Made by a program: the position numbers and the translations under genes. Source: a bacterium (GTDB lineage Bacteria; Zhuqueibacterota; Zhuqueibacteria; Residuimicrobiales; Residuimicrobiaceae). Taken from it: a stretch of 64,000 nt of DNA. Under the pieces are notes generated by a model, which was not told the DNA's origin, searched no databases, and saw nothing but the letters and a program-made list of their open reading frames with translations. The stretch spans positions 18,130 to 82,129 of the forward strand of contig DAOQAG010000002.1 of assembly GCA_035353815.1 (NCBI GenBank), given 5' to 3'. Below are positions 9,852 to 21,022 of the stretch, piece after piece; the first letter of the stretch is position 1, and each line of letters opens with the position of its first letter.

Positions 9852-10829
9852 TCAGCAGATATAGGGGATAAAACGGCAACGAACGCGCGCGAGATAGCGT
9901 TGGTACTCGGGATCGCCGGTAAGCAGCCGTTCTTCAGCGAGCGCGCGGTAGATTTGTCCGGCGACGATCAAGGCGCCCTTGACCAGGTTGCCCCGTCCCG
10001 GATTGCCGAGTAAAAAAGCCGCCAGGAAAAGCAATTCCGCGGCGTAGAGGGGGTGCCGGACGAAGCGGTAGGCGCCGCCGGTCTTGATCCGGCGGTTGGC
10101 CGGCACAATGCCAAAGCTTTTGCCGAGGCTGGCCAGCGCCAGCAGGATGGCGAGGATAGCCGCCAACTGCAGCAGCAGGCTCAATGCTTGCCACGCCCCG
10201 GTGACAGACGCCGCAGGCCGCAGCAGCAAGGAAAGCACCACTGTGACGATGGCTGCGCTCCAGTCCAGGGGATTGCGTGAGATCTGAGCGCTGGAGCGGC
10301 GCGTGAAAAAGAGATAGACCAGCAAGGTGTTATAGCACAACAGCCCCCAACCCGCCGGCGTGTGCCAGCCGAGCCCGCTTTTAAGGCGGACGAGCAGGAA
10401 TCCCAGCCAGAGGAGACCGAGGAAGAGGTTGATGGGGGTATGAAGAAACTGGATCCAGGCGCTCCGTTCCGCAGCGGGCACTGCATCGCTGCTCACCTGC
10501 AGCTGGTCGCCGGCATGTAACTCGCACAGCGGCTCCTCTTCTGCAGGCCATTCCAGGACATCCAGCGCGCCCTTGACCCAGGGGATGATCCGCCCCGGCG
10601 GCAGGGCCCGGTCGACGCGGAGGACGATGCCCCGGGCATCGAGAAAGGCAACGCCCAGGGGATAGGGCATAGAAAAGGTATGGATGCCATTGCAGCGGCG
10701 GATGAGCAAGGCCTTGGGGCACGGTGCCGTGAGCAGGGCCAGAAAACCGAGCAGGCGTTGACTCCACGTCCCGGCGCTGAACAGCCGGTGCTGCGGATGC
10801 TGCCCCGTGGAGAGATTAACGATCGGCAT
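9852..10829 (-). CDS. DUF192 domain fused to an Ste14/ICMT-like (isoprenylcysteine carboxyl methyltransferase family) membrane methyltransferase
   Basis: The N-terminal third carries a DUF192-type motif ('CNGIHTFSMPYPLGVAFLDARGIV'). The C-terminal part has about 5 TM helices and the ICMT/PEMT signature 'GGAYRFVRHPLYAAELLF...EERLLTGDPEYQRYLARVRCRFIP'. Confidence 0.6.
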   Translation of the reverse strand: MPIVNLSTGQHPQHRLFSAGTWSQRLLGFLALLTAPCPKALLIRRCNGIHTFSMPYPLGVAFLDARGIVLRVDRALPPGRIIPWVKGALDVLEWPAEEEPLCELHAGDQLQVSSDAVPAAERSAWIQFLHTPINLFLGLLWLGFLLVRLKSGLGWHTPAGWGLLCYNTLLVYLFFTRRSSAQISRNPLDWSAAIVTVVLSLLLRPAASVTGAWQALSLLLQLAAILAILLALASLGKSFGIVPANRRIKTGGAYRFVRHPLYAAELLFLAAFLLGNPGRGNLVKGALIVAGQIYRALAEERLLTGDPEYQRYLARVRCRFIPYIC

Positions 10830-10832
10830 GAA

Positions 10833-11177
10833 TCACCAGATCTTCAGGATGAGGATATCCTGCTTGGCCAGGCTGACGCGGAGATCGACCTTCTCGCTGG
10901 CGCCTGCGATCGTCTTGAACTGATAGCCGGGGCTGATCTCGACCTGTTCGGCGTCGAAGGAGAGAAATTTGCCGCAGATTTTTCTGCCGTCGCGGAGGTG
11001 GACCTCGGCGCGGCTGGCCGGCATCGGCAGGTTGCTGCGCAGGTCGTAGACCTGGTCTGCGATCAGCACCAGGGAAGGCATCGAGGTCGGTGCCGGATAC
11101 CGGTGCAGCGGCGCGGCGCAGCCGAGGATCTGAAGAAGAATGAGGGTGGAGAGGAGGATGAACAGCCTTGTTTTCAT
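10833..11177 (-). CDS. Small lipoprotein (hypothetical), last gene of the tad operon
   Basis: The signal peptide ends in the lipobox 'LQILGCAAP'. It lies 22 bp downstream of tadC on the same strand and has no recognisable domain. Confidence 0.4.
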   Translation of the reverse strand: MKTRLFILLSTLILLQILGCAAPLHRYPAPTSMPSLVLIADQVYDLRSNLPMPASRAEVHLRDGRKICGKFLSFDAEQVEISPGYQFKTIAGASEKVDLRVSLAKQDILILKIW

Positions 11178-11199
11178 GGGCGATACTCCGTGAATGGAC

Positions 11200-12150
11200 T
11201 CAATTGCCGGCGAATGTCGAGAAGGTCTTCATGATGCTCATAAAGCCGGGGCCGAGAAGCACGATAAAGAGCGCCGGAAAGATAAAGAGGACCAGGGGAA
11301 AGAGCATCTTGATGCCCGCCTTGGCCGCCTGTTCTTCGGCGGACTGGCGCAAACGGGTGCGCAGGGAGTCGGCCTGGGCGCGCAGCGTATCGCCCACGCT
11401 GGTGCCGAGCTTGTCGGCCAGGATCAGGGCGCCCACGAGGATGCGCAGGTTTTCGACCTTGTTGCGTTCGCACAGGTTGCGCAAGGCCTTTTCGCGCGCC
11501 AGGCCGGTACGCATCTCCTGGGTGACCTGCAGCAGTTCCTGGCTGAGGACCGGCGTGCGCATGCCGAGTTCCTGCGCCACTCGCAGCAGCGCGGCGTTGA
11601 GGCCAAGTCCCGCCTCCATGCAGATCACCAGCAAATCGAGGGCGTCGGCCAGACTCTCCCCAATCTCCTGCCGCCGCTGAGTGATACGGTAGCGCAGCAC
11701 CAGGTCGGGCAGCCGGAAACTGAACAGAGCAATGGCCAGGGGAGCGGCCAGCATGAGCATGGGCTGGGCGATCAAGCGGTGAATGAAGAGAAAGTAGCCG
11801 AGCAGGAAGAGCAGCAGGCTGGCGGTGCGCATCCCCATGAGCATGACCGGGGCCATCTCGTGCTGGATGCCAGCCTCGAGCAGCAGCTGCCGCGAACGGG
11901 AGTGCTCCTTTTCGTTGGAGCGGCCGATACGGCCGAGGCTCAGGAGCAGTTTTTCCAGGCCGGCGGGCAGGTCGCTCTGGCGCAGCGCATCGTGGATGGC
12001 GATATTGTCCGCAGCAGGGGCGGATGGGCTCATCAGCTGCCTGACGCGTCGATGGGTCGGATCCAGCCGGCTGCGCAACCGGCGCAGCAGCAGGAGGGCA
12101 AGCAGGAAAAAGGCGAGAAATATTCCGCCCAAAGTGATATAGAGAGGCAT
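11200..12150 (-). CDS. tadC: Flp pilus assembly inner-membrane protein TadC (T2SS-F domain)
   Basis: The GspF/T2SSF-like domain has TM helices and the position after tadB is syntenic. The start was moved to ATG 12150 ('MPLYITLGG'); the track ORF start at 12336 would overlap tadB by about 180 nt. Confidence 0.75.
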   Translation of the reverse strand: MPLYITLGGIFLAFFLLALLLLRRLRSRLDPTHRRVRQLMSPSAPAADNIAIHDALRQSDLPAGLEKLLLSLGRIGRSNEKEHSRSRQLLLEAGIQHEMAPVMLMGMRTASLLLFLLGYFLFIHRLIAQPMLMLAAPLAIALFSFRLPDLVLRYRITQRRQEIGESLADALDLLVICMEAGLGLNAALLRVAQELGMRTPVLSQELLQVTQEMRTGLAREKALRNLCERNKVENLRILVGALILADKLGTSVGDTLRAQADSLRTRLRQSAEEQAAKAGIKMLFPLVLFIFPALFIVLLGPGFMSIMKTFSTFAGN

Positions 12151-12158
12151 ATCTCCCC

Positions 12159-13123
12159 CTATTGGAATTTGATACGAATGATCCGGCGGATAACCATAAA
12201 GCCGACGAGCTGCAGGCAAAAACCGACCGCCAGCAAGGTACGGCCGAAGCGTTCCTGCAGCATCGGGGCGATGTAGTCGGGATTGATCATCTCCAGCGCC
12301 AGCAAGGCGACCAGGGGCAGGCTGCCGAGAACCCACAGCGTCATCCGGCCTTGCGCCGTGAAGGTGCGGATCTGTCCCATCAGTTTGAAGCGTTCGCGAA
12401 TGGTATAACTGATCTTCTCGAGAATCTCCGCCAGATTGCCGCCGGTTTCGCGCTGGAGCAGCACGGCGGTAACGAAGAGCTTGAGATCCAGGCTCTTGAC
12501 CCGCTGCGTCAGATGCAGCAGGGCATCGCGCAGGGGCAATCCCAGGTTATTCTCCTCGAAGGTCTTGCGGAATTCCACACAGACCGGATCGGGGGCTTCG
12601 ATGGCGACCATTTGCAGCGCCTTGTTCAGGGCATGGCCGGCGCGGAGTGAGCTGGTCATCATATCCAGGGCATCCGGGAAAGCGCGGACAAAGGCGCGCA
12701 GCCGGCGGCCGCGGCGGTAGAGGATGTAGAGCAAGGGCAGGGCCGCCAGGGCCACACCAAGGATGATGCGTGGCAGCAGCTCCTGCAGGTTCCTCGTCGC
12801 CAGCAAGCCGAGGGCCGCAAGTGTGATGGTCAACAAGACCACGGTCCCGACCGTCAGCGAGCTGTCGGCTTGCTCGAGGAGATGACGCAGTTTCTCCGCA
12901 AAGTTGAGGCGGTGCAGCACCCGGTTGAGGGCCGAGATATCGCTCAGGCGTTCATCGCGCAGCACAAAGGGCATCTTTTCGGCATTCAGCCCCAGGTCCG
13001 CGGCATAGCTGTTCAGACGCCGGTCGATCTTGCGCTTGCTGTTGAAGCGACGGTCATAGACCAGGGCCAGGAGCACCAGCATCGCCATCAGGAAGAAGAA
13101 AAAGAAAGCAAAAATGAGCAGGG

Positions 13124-13127
<4 letters not shown>
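12159..13127 (-). CDS. tadB: Flp pilus assembly inner-membrane protein TadB (T2SS-F domain)
   Basis: T2SSF-domain membrane protein. Its start overlaps the cpaF stop (ATGA-type coupling). Confidence 0.75.
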
Positions 13128-14539
<1,412 letters not shown>

Positions 14540-14542
14540 ACT

Positions 14543-15736
14543 TCACTCCTTTCGCCTGGTCCAGCGTTTGATCAATCCCGGGCCGCTTCTGGACGCCGCC
14601 GTAGTTTCCACCGGTTGATCCGGCAAAACGAGTTTTGCCAGCTGCATCACCTGCTGGCTGAAGGGGTGGCGCGGCCGGCTGAGGACGATGGGTTCGCCGA
14701 CATTGATGCTCTCGATCAGGACGCCGTTTTCCTGGAAGGGGAGGCGGCATGCGATGGGGCGGTTGATCGATTTTTCAATGCTGGCCAATTCATCAGTCAT
14801 CTTTTGCGGATAGCGGTTAAGGATGACGGCCACCTTGTCCTCCTCATAGCCCATGCGGCGGAAAAGGGCGAGCGTGCGTTTGAGGTTATAGACCGTCGAG
14901 ACATCGAGCTGGGCGATCGCATAAATGGTATCCGCCTCGTCGAGGGCGCGGATGGTCACCTCATCAAAGTGGTCGTCGCTGTCGATAAAAATGAGATCGA
15001 ACTCCAGCCGCAGCAGTTCAATGATTTGGCCCAGCGCCTCGGCGGTGATCATATCCGCCTCTTCCATATTTTCAGGGCCGGCGATGAAATAGAGACCGCT
15101 GCTGTGCCGGGCGAGGGTGGAGTGCAGCCGTGCGGAATCCAGGGTAGCGAGATTTTCGAGGATTTGCAGCAAGGTGATGCGCGGCTGCAGGTCGAGGAAA
15201 AGGGCGGCATTGCCCAGCTGCAATTTGGTATCGAGCAGGAGCACACGCAGGGGGCTGTAGTGGGCGGCAGCGACGGCCAGATTGGCGGCCAGAGTCGTCG
15301 TGCCCATGCCGCCCTTGACGCCGAAACAGCAGACCAGTTTCGCCTTGGCGGGACGCCCCGATCCGCCTTCGAGCCAGCGGCGCGCGGAGGCGATCGCCCG
15401 GTAGATCTCGTCGGCTTCGCCCTCAGGCAGCAGGAATTCGCGCGCGCCGGCGCGCATCGCACGGATGATCAGTTCCGGCCGGGCCGCGCGGGCGGTGCAG
15501 AAGAAGAGGGTGCCGGGAAAAAGGGCGCTCCATTTGGCGAGATGTTTAAGACCCTCCTCCCCTTCGCCGAGGTCAAGCAGGGCGAGCTGCGGGTGCAGGG
15601 TGGTGAGCAGCGCCTGCCCCGATTTCCACTCCTCGCTCCGTCCCGCCAAATGGATGGAATCCATCTCCTGCAGTAGATTAAATACCGTGCCGGGATCGTT
15701 CTCGCCGATGTATATCCAGGTACATTCCTTGTCCAT
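14543..15736 (-). CDS. cpaE: CpaE/TadZ pilus localisation protein (receiver-like N-domain + MinD/ParA-like ATPase)
   Basis: An N-terminal degenerate receiver-like domain is followed by a deviant Walker A 'FGVKGGMGTTTLAANLA'. The gene sits immediately upstream of cpaF. Confidence 0.7.
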   Translation of the reverse strand: MDKECTWIYIGENDPGTVFNLLQEMDSIHLAGRSEEWKSGQALLTTLHPQLALLDLGEGEEGLKHLAKWSALFPGTLFFCTARAARPELIIRAMRAGAREFLLPEGEADEIYRAIASARRWLEGGSGRPAKAKLVCCFGVKGGMGTTTLAANLAVAAAHYSPLRVLLLDTKLQLGNAALFLDLQPRITLLQILENLATLDSARLHSTLARHSSGLYFIAGPENMEEADMITAEALGQIIELLRLEFDLIFIDSDDHFDEVTIRALDEADTIYAIAQLDVSTVYNLKRTLALFRRMGYEEDKVAVILNRYPQKMTDELASIEKSINRPIACRLPFQENGVLIESINVGEPIVLSRPRHPFSQQVMQLAKLVLPDQPVETTAASRSGPGLIKRWTRRKE

Positions 15737-15754
15737 AGTGCTCTTTTCTGCTGT

Positions 15755-16735
15755 TCATTCTACCAGGTGCACGCCATAGAGATAGGTATTGCCGCTGCCC
15801 CAGATCCCGTGTGTGAGCATCTCGATGAAGCGGCCATAGACATTTTTCCCCTGCATGTCTTCGACGAAAAAGACCGCCAGACCGGTGACGGTGATGGTGT
15901 TGCGCCCGGAGTCCGGTGGATATCGCTCATCATATAGCGGCACGATGCAGATGCGCGGGCTGGTATACCCCGGATAATCGGAGCCGACAACCGAGCTGCT
16001 GCTGTTGTCCCAGTACGCGCCGGAATCCCAGCGGATAATGGCGTCGACCCCCTGTTTGGTGGGGCCCACCATATTCCCCGGCTCGATCTGCAGGACATCG
16101 CCGATCTCCACCGTGCCGTCACACCCGTTCTCGATATTCGACCGGTATTCGCTGGCGCCGGAGATGGGCCGGCCGCGATTGACCGGCGGAAAATCGGAGG
16201 GGTAGAAAAAGCCGGGATTGGTGCCGGGCGCGCCGAGCTGGCCCGACTTGATCATCACGCGGTCGCCGAGGCTGAAGCCCATATCGGGAATTGCCCAGGG
16301 GCGGAGATGATCCGTACCGATGATCGAACCGAGTTCGGCCGTAGCGGCGGCCGAGATGTTGACGGTATTCATGCCCAAAGCCGAGGCAAAAAAGAGCGGC
16401 AGGGTTTGGTTTGAGGTGACCCGGATCCGGCTTGAACTGGGAAAGGTGATATCGCTATTCCCGACAGCAACCGGCTGCTGAATGCAGGTGTTCCGGCTGG
16501 CGAAGTCCATGGCATTCTGCGTGGCCTGGGTGCGGCTGGTCATCAATCCCGCCGCACCGGCCAGAGCAGAGGCATCTACACCGGCCTGCAGCTGATTGCG
16601 CGCCGTGAGCATATAGCCCACATCAATGGCCAGGGCGGCCAGGGCGAGAATGGCCAGCATGGAGGCGGCCGCCAGGACCATCGTGGCGCCTCTCTCCTGC
16701 CGGATGAAGCGGATACCCCTCATTTTGCTTCTCAT
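15755..16735 (-). CDS. tadG: TadE/TadG-like pseudopilin / pilus assembly protein
   Basis: The N-terminal TadE-like hydrophobic segment 'ATMVLAAASMLAILALAALAIDVGYMLTARNQLQ' is followed by a secreted region. It lies between cpaC and cpaE. Confidence 0.55.
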   Translation of the reverse strand: MRSKMRGIRFIRQERGATMVLAAASMLAILALAALAIDVGYMLTARNQLQAGVDASALAGAAGLMTSRTQATQNAMDFASRNTCIQQPVAVGNSDITFPSSSRIRVTSNQTLPLFFASALGMNTVNISAAATAELGSIIGTDHLRPWAIPDMGFSLGDRVMIKSGQLGAPGTNPGFFYPSDFPPVNRGRPISGASEYRSNIENGCDGTVEIGDVLQIEPGNMVGPTKQGVDAIIRWDSGAYWDNSSSSVVGSDYPGYTSPRICIVPLYDERYPPDSGRNTITVTGLAVFFVEDMQGKNVYGRFIEMLTHGIWGSGNTYLYGVHLVE

Positions 16736-17808
16736 GGATTCACACCTTCTGATGGCAATTGTGCGACCCCCGCGGTGATCCTGGGTGAAACCAGGATCAT
16801 CAACTCACTCTCCTTTTTACTGAAATGCTCACTGCTGAAGAGCCGGCCGAGAACGGGCACCTTGCCGAGCAGCGGGACCCGGGAGAGTGTCCGGGCCTGT
16901 TCCTCGGAAAAGAGTCCGCCGATGATCAGGTAGTGGTTCTCCTTGAGATCGACATTGGTCTCGGTCTTGCGGGTGGAGAGCGCGGGAATGACAAAACCGG
17001 AGAGGGTGATGCCGTTCTCAAAATCAAGGCTGCTCACCTCGGCGGCCACCTTGAGATTGATCATGCTGGAGTCCAGCACCAGGGGTGTGAATTTCAGCTT
17101 GATGCCGAATTCCTTGAACTGGATGGTCACGGTTTGCATGCCCGCGGAGCCGGAGACGATCGGTATCGGGAACTCTCCGCCGGCCAAAAAGCTCGCCTCG
17201 GACCCTTCGCGCGCACTGAGGTTGGGTTTGGCCAGAACCGTGATGAGGTTGTTCTCTTCCAGGGCCTTGAACATGGCGGTCAGGTTCTGGGTCGGCAAGG
17301 CGATCAGCAGATCGACGGTCTCGGAGAGGCCGAGCGGGTCGCTCACGGTTGCGGCCTGGCCCGCAAAACTGCCCACGCTGATCCTTTCGTTGCCGAGCTT
17401 GCGGTCTTTGATGAGAAAATCGAGGCCGAGATCACGGATCGCCGTGCGGTCAATCTCGATAAAGCGTACCTGCAGCATCACCTGATGCAAGGCCAGGGGC
17501 TTGCGCACCAGGACGCGCCGCTGTTCATATCCCCCCTGGGCGTCCCAGACGATCAGGCTGGTGGAGCCTTCCGCCTTGCCGATGAGGACCAGTTGGGAGG
17601 CCGAAATCACATTGGCATCCGCCACCGCCGGATCGGCGATGGAAACACGGGTGATGCCGCGGCTGTATTCCAAAACCTGGGAATGCCCCGGCTCCACGGT
17701 CAGCAGCTCAGATTCCGCAGCCGCCAGGGAACTGACTCCTGCGACAAGAATGATGGCGCCCAGTAGTCGGGCCCCGATGAGTGCCAGAATGCGCAGCTTG
17801 CACAGCAT
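16732..17808 (-). CDS. cpaC: Outer-membrane secretin CpaC/RcpA
   Basis: A signal peptide and N-terminal BON/secretin-N domains precede a C-terminal secretin domain ('LIIGGLFSEEQARTLSRVPLLGKVPVLGRLF'). The protein is shorter than typical CpaC (358 aa). Confidence 0.8.
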   Translation of the reverse strand: MLCKLRILALIGARLLGAIILVAGVSSLAAAESELLTVEPGHSQVLEYSRGITRVSIADPAVADANVISASQLVLIGKAEGSTSLIVWDAQGGYEQRRVLVRKPLALHQVMLQVRFIEIDRTAIRDLGLDFLIKDRKLGNERISVGSFAGQAATVSDPLGLSETVDLLIALPTQNLTAMFKALEENNLITVLAKPNLSAREGSEASFLAGGEFPIPIVSGSAGMQTVTIQFKEFGIKLKFTPLVLDSSMINLKVAAEVSSLDFENGITLSGFVIPALSTRKTETNVDLKENHYLIIGGLFSEEQARTLSRVPLLGKVPVLGRLFSSEHFSKKESELMILVSPRITAGVAQLPSEGVNP

Positions 17809-17840
17809 CTTGCGGTGCTCCTTTCCGGTCCGGTTGTTCC

Positions 17841-18728
17841 TTACTTCTGCGGGTTGCTTTCTTTGGCCTGGCCTTCATCCAGCACGACCTCGGAACGGGT
17901 GCTGGAGCGATAGACTTCAATGACCTGTTTGGGGGGGTCTTTGGGTGGTGCCTCTTTGGCCACGACCGGTGCTGGAGGGGCCGGAGCGCGCCGCACTGGT
18001 GCGGGTGCCGGCTGATTTTTGCCGATAATCTCTTTCAGACGCACGCCGGAGGTCGCCGCTGCTTGCTGGTCGGTGGCATTGCGCAGCACCAACTGCAGTT
18101 TGCCTTCGGAGCTGGCCAAAGCCAGTTTTTCGGCCTGCGACGGGTCGACCAGCAGGGTGACCGACTTGACGGTGATCGGCTCGTCGTCCTTGGAATTGAT
18201 GGTCTGGTCGACGGCAAGGACCTCGATATTCTCGAGAATCGTCGTCGTCGTCGATTCTTCCTTGTCGGTATTCGAGGAGACCGTCGCCAGGACATCGACG
18301 CGCGCGTGCGGCAGGATAAACCCGCTGACGCCGCTGACGACATTAACGGCCACGGTCATCGCCCGCATGCCGTCCGGGATGACGGCAGCCACCCCGCCGC
18401 CTGATCCCTTGGGGGCCAGGCGGGATTCCAGCACCACCTCTCCCGCGAAGAGATCGGCCTTGGTGACGCGGTCGGTCAGGTCCGCGAGATGCGAAAAGCT
18501 GCCCTCTGGAGCGAGGTTGGCGGGGAACTCCCGGCTTTGCAGGAGGGTTTCCGCCAGCTTGGTTCCCGCGGGCACATCCATCCGGGCCACCATGACCTGC
18601 CGGGTGGCGCTGCTTTTCTGTTCAAGCGCAGCTTTTTGATTCTGGAGAAAGGAGTAGGCGCCGAAGGTCGCCAGCACGGCGGCGATGAGGGCGAGGGGGA
18701 TGATGAATTTGAGCTTGAGCAGAAACAT
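17841..18728 (-). CDS. cpaB: Flp pilus assembly protein CpaB/RcpC (SAF domain)
   Basis: An N-terminal TM anchor is followed by a SAF-like domain ('VMVARMDVPAGTKL') and a Pro/Ala-rich C-terminal tail. The start was chosen at ATG 18728 (MFLLKLKF). Confidence 0.7.
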   Translation of the reverse strand: MFLLKLKFIIPLALIAAVLATFGAYSFLQNQKAALEQKSSATRQVMVARMDVPAGTKLAETLLQSREFPANLAPEGSFSHLADLTDRVTKADLFAGEVVLESRLAPKGSGGGVAAVIPDGMRAMTVAVNVVSGVSGFILPHARVDVLATVSSNTDKEESTTTTILENIEVLAVDQTINSKDDEPITVKSVTLLVDPSQAEKLALASSEGKLQLVLRNATDQQAAATSGVRLKEIIGKNQPAPAPVRRAPAPPAPVVAKEAPPKDPPKQVIEVYRSSTRSEVVLDEGQAKESNPQK

Positions 18729-18742
18729 TGCGGGTCTCCGTA

Positions 18743-19129
18743 TTAACCTTCCCAATGCATGGTCGTGCTGCGGGTGAGGGCGATGGGACCGACCAGTCCG
18801 GGTATAAAGGCATTGGTCAACGGGGTATAGGTCCCGCTGACCGTCACGGTCACTTCGTTCGAACCGCCGGGGCCGCTGACCGTGACGGTGAGCCCCGACA
18901 GGGTGACGCTGCCCAGGAGGTTCAGGGCGGTGGCGCGTGCACGGCCCACGTCGGGTGCCGTCACCGCGGCGATGCGCGCACCTTCGCGTGCGGCTCCGGT
19001 CATGACATTCATCGTCTCCCAGAGCCGGCCGAATTCAATGATCCCGAACAGGACCAGGAGAAAGATCGGAATGACCAGGGCGAATTCGACCAGGGATTGT
19101 CCCTCCGGCCTTTTAAGCAGCCTCCTCAT
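18743..19129 (-). CDS. tadE: TadE-like pseudopilin
   Basis: 'RPEGQSLVEFALVIPIFLLVLFGIIEFGRL' is the TadE-family N-terminal motif, including the G-x-x-x-x-E-F prepilin-peptidase site context. Confidence 0.65.
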   Translation of the reverse strand: MRRLLKRPEGQSLVEFALVIPIFLLVLFGIIEFGRLWETMNVMTGAAREGARIAAVTAPDVGRARATALNLLGSVTLSGLTVTVSGPGGSNEVTVTVSGTYTPLTNAFIPGLVGPIALTRSTTMHWEG

Positions 19130-19605
19130 GGCAACACTCCTCTGACAATGATCCACACGGTTCCTGCGGCGATGGCCACACCATAGGGCAGCCGGACCTT
19201 GAGCAGGGATGATCCCGCCCGGTTAGCTCCCTCCCGGGCCGTGATCCATTGGCGGATCATCAGTCCCAGGGCGAGCACGCTGCCGGCAATGGCGGTACAA
19301 AAAATGGCGGCTAGAGCCAGCGGCCAGCCCAGTAGAGCCCCCACAGCGGCCATGAGCTTGACATCGCCCGCCCCCATGCCGCCCATGAAATAGAACAGAC
19401 CCAATACCAGAAATCCGGCGGCAGCGCCGGCCAAGGCATGGCCCAGGCCGGACAGACCATGGACCAGCGCATGCCCCGCCAATCCTGCCAGCAGCGCGGG
19501 CACGGTGACCGCGTTGGGAATGCGGTAGGACTTGAGATCGTACCAGGCTGCGGCTATACTCAGGACGATCAGCGCGGTTATTTGCAGCGGATGCAGCGGA
19601 GCCAT
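19126..19605 (-). CDS. cpaA: Prepilin peptidase CpaA/TadV (A24 family)
   Basis: Polytopic membrane protein with 'AWYDLKSYRIPN' (first catalytic Asp) and 'GGMGAGDVKLMAAVGALLG' (second catalytic Asp). The start was chosen at ATG 19605. Confidence 0.75.
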   Translation of the reverse strand: MAPLHPLQITALIVLSIAAAWYDLKSYRIPNAVTVPALLAGLAGHALVHGLSGLGHALAGAAAGFLVLGLFYFMGGMGAGDVKLMAAVGALLGWPLALAAIFCTAIAGSVLALGLMIRQWITAREGANRAGSSLLKVRLPYGVAIAAGTVWIIVRGVLP

Positions 19606-19723
19606 CTCCTCGTCCTTCCGGAAAGAGCGGGGACCAGGATCTCTGCAGGTGCTGGAGCCGGTCCCCCCGGTAGAATGGATAGCCAAACCAACCAGGCGGG
19701 CTAGAGCGCGCCGGCGATTCTGG

Positions 19724-19870
19724 TCAGAATACCGCCGATGTTCGTGCCCAACAGGGTGAGCATCGCAATAACGGCGATGGCGATCAGCACCAGGATCAGG
19801 GCGTACTCCGCCAGGGTCTGGCCTTCCTCACGATTGAAAAGCGCACGAAAGAATTGGATGACAGCTTGCA
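19724..19870 (-). CDS. flp: Flp family type IVb pilin (second copy, 48 aa; not in ORF track)
   Basis: Hand-translated minus strand gives MQAVIQFFRALFNREEGQTLAEYALILVLIAIAVIAMLTLLGTTSAVF. It has the Flp motif 'G-x-T-x-x-E-Y' followed by a hydrophobic helix. An RBS 'aaaggagag' lies 7 nt upstream. Confidence 0.6.
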
Positions 19871-20119
19871 TGGTACTCTCCTTTGCTAGGTGAAAAGTGC
19901 TGGTGGTTACTCATTGAGGTGCTGCAAGGATGCCTTTTTGTCCCCCTTTCTCCTGAGAGAATTACTCCCGGTTCGGATAACATCAAGATGCTGGCCAGGT
20001 GGCGGCAAACAGGTGTAATCGCCTCCCGGGGCCGTTGCAGAGCCAAAGGGTTCATCGCTTCTGGCGGATAAGTCTGGCGGGGGTGCAAACCGGGGTATCC
20101 CGGACCTGCGCACAACGGG

Positions 20120-20293
20120 TCAAGGCAAGCCCGCCACGATCTGATTATATAAAGCCGTCAGTTGTGTTCCGAATAGAGTGACCGCAGCGACTGCAGCCAC
20201 GGCGATGAGCAGCAGGATGAGCGCATACTCCCCCAGTGTTTGCCCATCCTCCTCAATCAATAGCGCATGGAATGGCAGAAGTACACGATGCAT
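20120..20293 (-). CDS. flp: Flp family type IVb pilin (first copy, 57 aa)
   Basis: This is the C-terminal 57 codons of the 191-aa track ORF: MHRVLLPFHALLIEEDGQTLGEYALILLLIAVAAVAAVTLFGTQLTALYNQIVAGLP. It carries the Flp motif GQTLGEY. The upstream 134 codons have no coding character. Confidence 0.7.
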   Translation of the reverse strand: MHRVLLPFHALLIEEDGQTLGEYALILLLIAVAAVAAVTLFGTQLTALYNQIVAGLP

Positions 20294-21022
20294 GATCAAT
20301 TCCCCGAAGCCATACAATGTGCAGGAAGAAAGGATCCCCAGGAAAACAGAATTCCCCCGGTTGGAGGGGAAGATAAAAAGTGAGAAAGGGGCCGGCTGAA
20401 AATGCCTTTTTAACTGCCGCCAAAATGAAGCATCAATTTGGGAGAACGCTTTCCGGGGAGAAAGGCGGATTCTCCAGGGCGATCCGGGCTCGTAAGCCGC
20501 TGATGCCTGCGTGCAACCCCCACGTGCCGGTCCCTTTCTGCACACCTGAAGCATGAAAGAGACGTCAACCTGAAACAGGAAAACTGAACCCTGTCTGGCG
20601 TATTTGTCAGAAGACATTGTTCTTGCAGAAGACTTGCAGAGTGGTAGAGGGTCGCAGGAGGAGTGGTAGAATGCCGGATGTCTACGCAAACGCAAGAACA
20701 GGCCAAACTACCCGAACCGGTTCGGATATCCCCCGCCCTTGAGAGCGGGCCCATGTCGTGCGTAGTAACAGTATCAGGCCCCACGCCTGTACTATATAGT
20801 ATACTCAGCCGGGATGAAAAAGTCAACAAAAATTTGCACTTTTTTAAATATTTTTTTCATTTTCGCCATATGTCCTCATTTTCAGGGAAATCATCTTGAA
20901 ATCAGCTAGCACTGATCTTGCCACCGGCACCCCGGCGGGAGAGTGAAGCGGGCGGGATCGGCAAAATATCCCTTGAAATATGGCTTAAAAAGTGTAAATT
21001 ATTCCGCTGAAAATTCATTTAA

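Noticed and set aside
20120-20695. 191-aa minus-strand ORF upstream of cpaA
   Set aside because: Only the last 57 codons (20120-20293) form a credible gene (Flp pilin). The N-terminal 134 codons are Arg/Ser/Cys-rich with no coding signal.
20700-20760. tRNA-like T-loop ('ggttcggatatcc') in the 729-bp intergenic region
   Set aside because: It does not fit the GTTCRANYC consensus, and no acceptor stem or anticodon-arm pairing could be built.
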